DNA from: a virus
Lineage: Duplodnaviria; Caudoviricetes
Strand: one strand, 5' to 3'
Length of the DNA stretch: 64,000 bases
IMG/VR virus record: IMGVR_UViG_3300014167_000003
Span: 1 to 64,000 of that record
This document shows positions 29,707-37,087 of this stretch, piece after piece. Both the position numbers and the translations under genes were made by a program. The first letter of the stretch is position 1. Every line of letters starts with the position of its first letter. The notes beneath the pieces are model-generated. The model saw only the letters and a program-made list of their open reading frames with translations. It was not told the DNA's origin and searched no databases.

Positions 29707-30095
29707 GCACCGCTCCCAAAGATCCGTTCACGAAATTGGCTCAGCAGCTCCACCACCCGCTCATGCTGCCGTGGCTGCTCCAGCTGCATGTAGTCGGCGA
29801 GGCTGCTTTCGAGCACCTGGATGTTCTTGTCGATCCGCTCGACGATGGGTGTCTCGATGTCGCGTATCGGCTTCGGCGGGTGCTTGGCGTGCGCCGGGCA
29901 CAGGTCGTGCTTGTTGTCCTTGCCGACCACCCAGCCGCGCTCGACGAGCTTGCGCTCGATCACCTCGGGCGGCAGGTCCGTCCTGGTGTTGCAGTTGACC
30001 GTCGCGGTGACGCCGCAGCGGCAGCACTCGACCTTGTAGCGGCGCCGGGTGTCGCCGAGCGGGTTCACCATCCTGTCGAAATATCGGTTGGTCAT
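29703..30095 (-). CDS. Hypothetical protein with CxxC ... C motif
   Basis: ECCRCG, HDLCPAH. Confidence 0.55.
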   Translation of the reverse strand: MTNRYFDRMVNPLGDTRRRYKVECCRCGVTATVNCNTRTDLPPEVIERKLVERGWVVGKDNKHDLCPAHAKHPPKPIRDIETPIVERIDKNIQVLESSLADYMQLEQPRQHERVVELLSQFRERIFGSGA

Positions 30096-31048
30096 TATGT
30101 CCACCAGAACTGCGGGAACGGCTCCGGCCGCTCGCCCTGGCCGCGCCACATCAGCTTGTCGACGGTCTTCTCATCATGCGCCGCGTTCACCGCCTTGATG
30201 ATCAGCGCGATGAGGAGGAGCGGGTCGCGGCGCTTCTCGTCCGTTCGATGGAGGAGCACCTCGCGCAGCTTATAGAACGGGTCATTGATGGCGACGCCGG
30301 TCGGGTTTTCGAGCGTCTCGACCATGCGCTCGGCCAGCGGCTCGTCGTGGCTCGCCAGCATGTAGTAGGCGAACCCGAGGATCGCCGGGTTGATCAGCCG
30401 GCGCAGGTTCTTGTTGACGCGGGCCACCGCGCGAACCATCTCGGGGTGCGCCTTGTACGCCTCCTCGATCATGGCGTTCTCGACCCGGTTCTCGGCATTG
30501 CGCGAATTGAGCATGGTGCCGCGCTGGTAATGGATCAGGTAGACGAGCGCGTGCGACGTCGATGCCTTATGGTGCGAGAGCCCGCTCACCGCGAGCACGT
30601 CGGCGCCGGAGCGGCTCTTCCTGATGGTGTCGATGGTCGAGAACGCGTCGGGCTTGACGCCGAACACGATGATCACCCACACCCGCGCCTTGGAATAGAT
30701 CACCGCCCAGAGCCGGTGCTGGCCGTCGAGCACGTCGCCGGTCGAGCCGATCTTGATGGTCTCGCCGTTGACCTTCCACAGCCCGTTCGACATCTGCCGC
30801 GCAATGCGCTTGGCATGCATGTCGGAGAGCGGCCGGTTGTTGTCGTTGCCTTCCAGGATGCGCGCGGCGAGGGTCTCGTCGATGTAGCCCTCCCACTGCC
30901 GCAGCCCGTTGCCGATGTCCTTGGTCGGCAACCCGAAGAAGGCAGCAGCATCGGCAATGGTCGGCGCCACGGGCGCCGCCGGCTCCGGCAGGTCACCCTT
31001 GGCCTTCAGCTTTTCGAGGAGAGACATCGCTGGAACTCCTGTAGCCAC
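30095..31048 (-). CDS. ParB/DGQHR-like N-terminal domain protein
   Basis: NDNNRPL, GETIKI, VLDGQHRLWAVI; start probably 31027. Confidence 0.72.
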   Translation of the reverse strand: MATGVPAMSLLEKLKAKGDLPEPAAPVAPTIADAAAFFGLPTKDIGNGLRQWEGYIDETLAARILEGNDNNRPLSDMHAKRIARQMSNGLWKVNGETIKIGSTGDVLDGQHRLWAVIYSKARVWVIIVFGVKPDAFSTIDTIRKSRSGADVLAVSGLSHHKASTSHALVYLIHYQRGTMLNSRNAENRVENAMIEEAYKAHPEMVRAVARVNKNLRRLINPAILGFAYYMLASHDEPLAERMVETLENPTGVAINDPFYKLREVLLHRTDEKRRDPLLLIALIIKAVNAAHDEKTVDKLMWRGQGERPEPFPQFWWT

Positions 31049-31524
31049 GACAATGCGGGAACGAGCTTGCGGTCGATCAGTCCGGTGCGGTCGAGCGCGA
31101 CGGCAACGGCGGCAACATCGGACGCGAGCGGAAGGCTGGTCAGCTCCTCCAGGGCGGTCTTCAGGTGGCCCCAGATCGCCGCCTTCTCGTCGAACGTCTT
31201 TTTCCGGTCGTCGGGTGCCGCCGCACGCTTGCGCCTCTTCTTGGGCCTGTGCGCCACATGAGCGAGCGTGCGGTAGGCGCCGTCGACAGAGATCCGGCCG
31301 AGTTCGAGGTTGGCGATGATCGTCGGGTCGCCACGCAGGAGCACCTGGCGCGCCTTGACGACGCTCGACCGGTGCACCTCGAACTGGTCCGCCGCCTGCT
31401 GGATCGACACCGGAGGGTCAGCCGTCTCGTGGTGCCTGCCGTTCTCCGAGATGCCCAGGTTGCACACCCGCGCCGCCGCGAAGGCCCGGCGCGCAATTTC
31501 TCCGTTGTCGGGTTTATCGAGCAT
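31006..31524 (-). CDS. HTH DNA-binding protein
   Basis: SD GAGGTG before ATG 31524; VSIQQAADQFEVHRSSVVKARQV, GRISVDGAY. Confidence 0.7.
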   Translation of the reverse strand: MLDKPDNGEIARRAFAAARVCNLGISENGRHHETADPPVSIQQAADQFEVHRSSVVKARQVLLRGDPTIIANLELGRISVDGAYRTLAHVAHRPKKRRKRAAAPDDRKKTFDEKAAIWGHLKTALEELTSLPLASDVAAVAVALDRTGLIDRKLVPALSWLQEFQRCLSSKS

Positions 31525-31541
31525 TAGATCCACCTCACTGT

Positions 31542-31900
31542 ACGTTGCGATGCGTGGAGGCGAGGAGCGTGGCGATGCGATGCGAGGAGGCGCGAGGTGT
31601 CGAGCAGCTGTGCGTAGCGGTGGCAAATTTCGCAGACGTTGCGTTGCGTTGCGTTGCGGGGCGCCGCGAAGCGATGCGTTGCAGAGCGGGGCGCTGTGAC
31701 GCGGAGCGCTGCACTGCGTGGATAAACTTGGTAGACGTTGCGTTGCGGGGCGACGCGAAGCGGTGCGATGCAGAGCGGCGCTCTGTGAGGCGGAGCGTTG
31801 CACTGCGGTGCGAGGTGAAGCGGAGCGGTGCGTCGTAAAATTCTGGTAGACGTTGCGAGGCGCTGCGGTGCGTGAGCGGCGTTGCATTGCGCTGTTGCGG
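31542..31900 (-). ncRNA. Array of four pentamer-periodic units, (NN-CGC)n ending AACGT, separated by 14-15 nt AT-rich linkers; candidate guide-RNA array
   Basis: Units at 31542-31621 (16 pentamers), 31636-31720 (17), 31735-31834 (20) and 31850-about 31893 (about 9, one register slip). The repeat is directly visible; RNA status is inferred. Confidence 0.7.
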
Positions 31901-32395
31901 TCATCCCTGCGCTCCCTTGATCTTTTCGAGGAGGCTCGTGAGGTCGGGAACCGAGGAAGGCACAGCCCTGACCTTGACCGTTGCCGCCGCGTCCTCAATA
32001 GCCGCCAGCCGCGTGTTGTTCGTCGAGGCGCGCAACTGGTCGCCCGTGGACAAGGCGTCGAACTGGACAATGTGGCCGAGGCGCTTGCGGCCCCGGCGCG
32101 CGCCGCGCGCGATCTTCTTCAGATCGGCATCGGAGTGCGCCACCAGGTCTTGGTCGTGCATCCGCTTCCAGCCGTAGCTGCGGAGCCGGCGAAAGTGCAC
32201 CGGAGGGTCGCCGCGCTCCAACTCACGAAGCGCCGACCGCATCACATGACTGCCAGGGTCGACCGTATGCCCGAGCGTCTGACTGATCCGTTGGTCGGTG
32301 ATCTCGTCGTTAACACCAACCAGCAGGACCGCAAGGCGGCGTGCCATTTCGGCGATCTCGGGGCGCTTGATGAACATGGGGCGCGGCGTTGTCAT
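31901..32395 (-). CDS. Basic accessory protein between the RAMP gene and the array
   Basis: 164-aa ORF starting 3 nt after the RAMP stop; winged-helix-like N-terminal half. Confidence 0.7.
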   Translation of the reverse strand: MTTPRPMFIKRPEIAEMARRLAVLLVGVNDEITDQRISQTLGHTVDPGSHVMRSALRELERGDPPVHFRRLRSYGWKRMHDQDLVAHSDADLKKIARGARRGRKRLGHIVQFDALSTGDQLRASTNNTRLAAIEDAAATVKVRAVPSSVPDLTSLLEKIKGAQG

Positions 32396-32398
32396 GGT

Positions 32399-32956
32399 TT
32401 AGTTCCAGGTGAATTTGGTAGGTTTGAACCGACCGTTCAGCCCGCCCTTTTGCGGTTTGAAGCGGCCGATGCCGATGCTGGTGCCCGCCGTCTTCAACAC
32501 GCGTTCAAAGATCTCCTTGGTGACGGTGTCGTCCAAGATTGTGAACGCAGCGTCAGCCTCCCACTGCGGTATCACCGGGAAGGTACGCCAGACCCGCTTG
32601 CCGCTGCCCCTTACGCCATCGACGTTGCAGCTAACACGGACGGAGGCAACGGTGTCCTTCCTGGCGGCCAATACAACATCATGGTCGCAAATGACGTCGG
32701 CTTCGAAGAACTTGGTATAGGTCTTCTTGCCTTTGCCGGGGATTTGGATGCCGAGCTTTTTCGCGGAGGCGTCAAGACATTGCTTGAGGGCCATGGCCGG
32801 AATGTAGATAAAACCGTCCTCGTTGTAGTTGCACTTCTCCCGCCAAGTGCGCTTCTCGTGGTCGTCGTTCGTTTCGCCGCTCAATTTCGGCACTTCATGC
32901 TGATGGGATTGAGAATACGGGGTAATGCTTTCAAGCCGAACAGTGACGTTACGCAT
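32399..32956 (-). CDS. Stand-alone RAMP/Cas7-like protein
   Basis: N-terminal strand VTVRLESITPY, IYIPAMALKQCL (compare RAMP IPGSSLKG), C-terminal Gly-rich loop SIGIGRFKPQKGGLNGRF; SD GGAGG. Confidence 0.72.
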   Translation of the reverse strand: MRNVTVRLESITPYSQSHQHEVPKLSGETNDDHEKRTWREKCNYNEDGFIYIPAMALKQCLDASAKKLGIQIPGKGKKTYTKFFEADVICDHDVVLAARKDTVASVRVSCNVDGVRGSGKRVWRTFPVIPQWEADAAFTILDDTVTKEIFERVLKTAGTSIGIGRFKPQKGGLNGRFKPTKFTWN

Positions 32957-32974
32957 TGTCGTCCTCCATTATGG

Positions 32975-33029
32975 TCGTTGCGATGAGTTGCGGCGCGCAG
33001 CGCAGCTCTGCGATGCGTGGCGGGGCGGA
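32975..33029 (-). repeat. Solo pentamer unit (11 x NN-CGC) upstream of the RAMP gene
   Basis: + strand tcgtt gcgat gagtt gcggc gcgca gcgca gctct gcgat gcgtg gcggg gcgga. Confidence 0.8.
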
Positions 33030-33036
33030 ATGGTCG

Positions 33037-33966
33037 CTACGCTGCCTCCCGCAGGTGAAGTTTGAGCCGCTCGTCGATCTGATCCCGCCGCCACTGCGCC
33101 AGATCGATGAACTCCGCGTCCGCGCGGTCGTCGCCGGGCCCCGGCCAGTGGCCGTTCGACAAGCAGTCCGCGAACGTTCGCAACGCGGCGCGGTTCATCT
33201 TGGCGCCGCGCGCGATGTCCTCATCGCGAAGCGTCGTCACCCGCACGCAATGCGGCGGCGTCTTCTCGACCCAGATGAGGCTGAATGAGGTGGCCTCCAT
33301 GTCGAGCGCCTTGGCGCCTTCGAACACGAGACCGGCTTGCTGGCAGTAGCCGTAGTTGCCGAGAGACGCCTGCAGGTCGCGGTACACCACGCTCGTTGTC
33401 GTCTTGAGATCGCCGAAGTCGCCGCTGTCGCTCGGGATCACATCGGGCCGCGCCTTGAGCCAGATGCCGGTCTCCTGATCCTTCCAGATCATCGAGCGCT
33501 CGATCTGGCCGTTGAGGATGCCGCTCTGCACGAGCGGGTTGGCGCCGAGAGCCAGCGCCATGCCCTTGATGGCGTCGATCATGCTGTTCGTCAGGACGGT
33601 CTTGCCGGCGCGCTGCTGGGCCCGCTTCCACTCGCGGCAGGCCTTCCTGTTGCCGTGCCAGGCGGCGCCATCGAGCCAGTCCGGCTGCACCGCGAACTGG
33701 TCGCTGAAGCCGACCTCGCCGCAGATCAAAAAATGTGCCGCCCGGCCGAGGACGAATGCCTCGTTGTCGTCCTCGACGATGCGCTCCGGGTTGATGCCGC
33801 AGCGGGCCCAGGCGTGTGCCGGGCTCTTGTCCCAGAGCACCCGGAGCGGCGACGACGACACCGATGGGCCGACGCAAAGATCACCGTGGTACTGGGCCAG
33901 CGGGATGCCAGCGTACAGGCCGGCAACACCGATGCGTTCGCCGTTCCAGGGAATTGATCGGATCAT
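33037..33966 (-). CDS. RecE/ExoVIII-like PD-(D/E)XK exonuclease
   Basis: VSSSPLR, FVLGRAAH, IERSMIWKD, LKARPDVI, DLKTT, GYCQQA, LIWVEK. Confidence 0.85.
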   Translation of the reverse strand: MIRSIPWNGERIGVAGLYAGIPLAQYHGDLCVGPSVSSSPLRVLWDKSPAHAWARCGINPERIVEDDNEAFVLGRAAHFLICGEVGFSDQFAVQPDWLDGAAWHGNRKACREWKRAQQRAGKTVLTNSMIDAIKGMALALGANPLVQSGILNGQIERSMIWKDQETGIWLKARPDVIPSDSGDFGDLKTTTSVVYRDLQASLGNYGYCQQAGLVFEGAKALDMEATSFSLIWVEKTPPHCVRVTTLRDEDIARGAKMNRAALRTFADCLSNGHWPGPGDDRADAEFIDLAQWRRDQIDERLKLHLREAA

Positions 33967-33969
33967 GGT

Positions 33970-34429
33970 GGGGCTCGGTGATGCGGGTGTTTTCGAGGCG
34001 CAATTTCTCGCGCCGCGAGGTGAGGCGTTTCAAGCAAAATATTTGCTGTTAGATCCGTTAGATCGAGGCGTTCGGCGCACTAACGGCGCGCCGTGTTAGC
34101 CCGTTCGCGGTGTTAACTCGCGATACAGAACGCAGGGAGCCTACGGCTCCTGCTATTCTGGTATTTTGTTATTACTGAGCCGCGCGTAGCACGAGCCATG
34201 CCAACTCTCCCCGTGTTAGCTAATTTTTTTCTTGCTAACGGAGGCTACGCCGAAATTTCTAACGCGTGTCATCGCGGTGTCACCTTGGGAACACCAATTG
34301 ACAATTTATTTTTTCAGCATTGAGTCGCCTGCGGAAATTGCCTCAAAGGATCGATCACCGATCTTCTAGTACCTTGACGAAGGTTTGAAACCTTTCGCAG
34401 TCATTGCGTCCTCAACCACGGAGGACACC
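33970..34429. promoter_or_regulatory. AT-rich divergent control region with repeated GTTAG/GTTAA/CTAAC motifs
   Basis: Non-coding gap between leftward and rightward operons; at least 8 motif copies; TTGACA near 34298. Confidence 0.65.
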
Positions 34430-34804
34430 ATGGCCAAGGACGCAAACACCAACGAGCCGAGCGACGAGGACGTCAACGCCGCCGTCGACAACATCGAGAA
34501 AAACCTCGACGACCTTCTCAAGGAAAAGATGGCCTACATGTCGCGGGCCAAGCGCATCCGCGACCAGATCGGCGTCGAATACGACCACGCCGTGAACCAC
34601 GGCATCAGCAAGAAGCTCCTCAAGTCCATCATCAAGGAACGCGAACTGCACCGGAAGATCACGGCGCTGTCCGCCGACCTGGAGTTCGACGAGGCGGCCG
34701 AGCGCAAGATGCTGCTCGCGAAGCTCGGCGACTTCGCGGACACGCCGCTCGGCCAGGCGGCGCTGAACAGCGGCGAGCACACGCTCCGTAGCGTGGGTGC
34801 GTGA
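34430..34804 (+). CDS. GapR/DUF2312-like small DNA-binding protein
   Basis: SD GGAGG; RIRDQIGVEYDHAVNHGISKKLLKSIIKER resembles GapR-type helices. Confidence 0.55.
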   Translation: MAKDANTNEPSDEDVNAAVDNIEKNLDDLLKEKMAYMSRAKRIRDQIGVEYDHAVNHGISKKLLKSIIKERELHRKITALSADLEFDEAAERKMLLAKLGDFADTPLGQAALNSGEHTLRSVGA

Positions 34805-35937
34805 TGAACGGTGAAGCAGACCAAGCATACGGTAGCCTTGTCGAAGGCGTCTTCATCGCCGGCTTCACGCTGGAGCGCGCGTTTCAAAAGCTGGAATGGC
34901 TGCTCACCGACGCCCGCTGGAAGACGGTCGGCGGCGGGTACGAGGACGTCAACCAGTTCCTCGACACCATCAAGCTCGACCAGTTCAAGATCATCGCCGA
35001 GCAGCGCAAGAAGATCGCGGCGGTGATCAAGAAGCTGGAACCGAAGGCGTCGAACGTCCAGATCGCCAAGGTGGTCGGTGTCAGCGACGAGACGATCCGT
35101 CGCGACACCACAAATGTGGAGGCCGGGAAGAAAGACACCAAGCAAACCAAGGCAACGCCCAAGGCTGAGACCACAAATGTGGCACTTGCTCTCACGGGCG
35201 CCGCCGCAGCGGCGACCGTCATCAGCAAGGCGGCCAAGGACGAGCGCAAGGCGGCGAAGGAGCAGGCGCGCGAGGCCGCCATCGCCGAGAACCTCAAGGT
35301 GCTGCCGGCGGTCAGCGACCGTTTCCGGCTGCTGTGCTCCGATCTCGCCACCGCCGACATCGCGCCCGGCTCCATCGACTGCATCGTCACGGACCCGCCG
35401 TACCCGGAGGAGTTTCTGCCGGTGTTCGCCACGCTCGCGTGGAAGGCGGCGATGTGGCTCAAGCCGGGCGGCTCCATGCTGGTGATGAGCGGGCACATGT
35501 ACCTGCCGCAGGTGCTTGCTCACCTGACCCACGCGCCTGGTCTCAACTATCACTGGACGTTGGCCTACCTGACGCCCGGCGGGCAGGCGGCGCAGATGTT
35601 CCCGCGCAAGGTGAACACGTTCTGGAAGCCGGTGTTCTGGCTCGTGAAGGGTGAGTACAGCGGCGACTGGGTCGGCGACGTCACGCGGTCGGACGTCAAC
35701 GACAACGACAAGCGCTTCCACCACTGGGGCCAGTCCGAGAGCGGCATGGCCGATCTCATCGGCCGCATCTCGATGCCGGGCCAGACCATCCTCGATCCGT
35801 TCTGCGGCGGCGGCACCACGGGCGTGGTCGCTGTCCAGATGGACCGGAAATTTATCGGCATCGACGTCAGCGAGCAGGCCATCGCAACAACCGCGTCCAG
35901 GCTCCACGAGGTGGCAAATGCAGCAATGGTGGCCTGA
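34801..35937 (+). CDS. N6A/N4C DNA methyltransferase with N-terminal HTH region
   Basis: IDCIVTDPPY, ILDPFCGGGTTG, FIGID. Confidence 0.88.
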   Translation: MMNGEADQAYGSLVEGVFIAGFTLERAFQKLEWLLTDARWKTVGGGYEDVNQFLDTIKLDQFKIIAEQRKKIAAVIKKLEPKASNVQIAKVVGVSDETIRRDTTNVEAGKKDTKQTKATPKAETTNVALALTGAAAAATVISKAAKDERKAAKEQAREAAIAENLKVLPAVSDRFRLLCSDLATADIAPGSIDCIVTDPPYPEEFLPVFATLAWKAAMWLKPGGSMLVMSGHMYLPQVLAHLTHAPGLNYHWTLAYLTPGGQAAQMFPRKVNTFWKPVFWLVKGEYSGDWVGDVTRSDVNDNDKRFHHWGQSESGMADLIGRISMPGQTILDPFCGGGTTGVVAVQMDRKFIGIDVSEQAIATTASRLHEVANAAMVA

Positions 35938-36376
35938 TGGCGTTCGTCAGGAGCGGAGCGGATGGCGCGACGAGGCAATAAGCGCGCGGCACCGGCACTG
36001 GGGCTTTAATTGCCCGGCGGTCGACATCGATTTCCTGGTCGTCGAATACAACCTCGGTGTCCCGGTGGCACTAATTGAGTTCAAGCACCATTTGGCTGAT
36101 CCGCCGGACATCAAACACGCATCGTACCGCGCCTACCTCGACCTTGCCGACAACAGGGCGACGCCGCTGCCTTTCCTGATTGTGAGGTATTGGCCTGACA
36201 TCTGGGCTTTCGAAGTCACGCCGATAAACGAAATGGCAAAGCAGCATTTCACGCCCGGCGAGCGCCTCTGCGAACGCGAGTTTGTGATCCGGCTGTACAG
36301 GCTGCGCAGGCTGGCGGTCACGCAGCACCTCGAAGGAGCGTTGCACACCGAACTGCCTCCCGAGTGGGAGCGTTGA
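35918..36376 (+). CDS. PD-(D/E)XK-like protein
   Basis: VDIDFLVVEY...ALIEFKH. Confidence 0.55.
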   Translation: MQQWWPDGVRQERSGWRDEAISARHRHWGFNCPAVDIDFLVVEYNLGVPVALIEFKHHLADPPDIKHASYRAYLDLADNRATPLPFLIVRYWPDIWAFEVTPINEMAKQHFTPGERLCEREFVIRLYRLRRLAVTQHLEGALHTELPPEWER

Positions 36377-36377
36377 C

Positions 36378-36896
36378 ATGGTTGTTCTCGCTCTCGACCT
36401 CGCGTCGACCACCGGCTTCGCGGTCGGGGCGCCGGGCACGGTGCCGGTCTCCGGCTCGGTCAGGTTTGCCTCCCAGGGCTCGTCCCATGAGGCTGTGTTC
36501 GCCGCCGCGTTGAAGTGGATGTCGGACACCATGGCCAAGTACGACCCATCCACGGTCGTCTGGGAGGCGCCGCTGCCCACCACGTTCAAGCGCGGCCTCA
36601 CCAACGTCGGCACCACCACGCTCCTGTACGGCCTGCCGGCGGTCATTGGCGCCTGCTCGTACCTGAAAGGCGTCTACGACATCCGCAAGGCGTCGCCGCG
36701 CGACGTGCGGCTGCACTTCATCGGCTGCTGCCCGCCGCGCAAGAGCGCCAAAACCATGACCATGAAACGCTGCCGCGACCTCGGCTGGCCGGTCGGCGAC
36801 GACAACGAAGCAGATGCCCTCGCACTATGGAGCTTCATGTGCACAATTATCGACCCTTCGCAGGCGAAACTGCTGTTGCACCGGGCCCGTCGGTAA
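36378..36896 (+). CDS. RuvC-like Holliday junction resolvase
   Basis: VLALDLASTTGFA, VVWEAP, DNEADALAL. Confidence 0.8.
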   Translation: MVVLALDLASTTGFAVGAPGTVPVSGSVRFASQGSSHEAVFAAALKWMSDTMAKYDPSTVVWEAPLPTTFKRGLTNVGTTTLLYGLPAVIGACSYLKGVYDIRKASPRDVRLHFIGCCPPRKSAKTMTMKRCRDLGWPVGDDNEADALALWSFMCTIIDPSQAKLLLHRARR

Positions 36897-37087
36897 AGGG
36901 CGAGCTGCGCGTCAGCGCCAAGCTCGACCCGCGTGTCGCCGAAGTATTCCGGCGGGCGGCGGATGAGCGTGATGTTGCCGTGCAGACGCTGCTGCGGCGG
37001 CTGCTTCTGGTCGTCGCCGGCACGGCGTCGAAGAACTACCGGGACAACCTGATCACCGCGATCCTCGATGACCAGGGCAAGTGATCG

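Noticed and set aside
31542-31900. CRISPR array
   Set aside because: No 23-50 nt identical repeats with unique spacers; the periodicity is 5 nt and no cas1/cas2 is present
31524-32070. ORFs running through the pentamer array (31524-31904, 31545-31838 and the N-terminal extension of 31006-32070)
   Set aside because: Low-complexity translations of the repeat; the real gene starts at ATG 31524 behind a clear SD
24975-34249. Contiguous 9-mer matches of concatenated NN strings to intergenic DNA (CTATTGGGG at 24975, GAGGCTACG at 34241) as self-targets
   Set aside because: Dozens of such 9-mer hits are expected by chance in 64 kb; I found no convincing gapped self-target by eye
23758-34263. Canonical CtrA boxes (TTAA-N7-TTAA)
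   Set aside because: Only half-site-like motifs with spacings of 5, 11 or 13 nt in the regions checked
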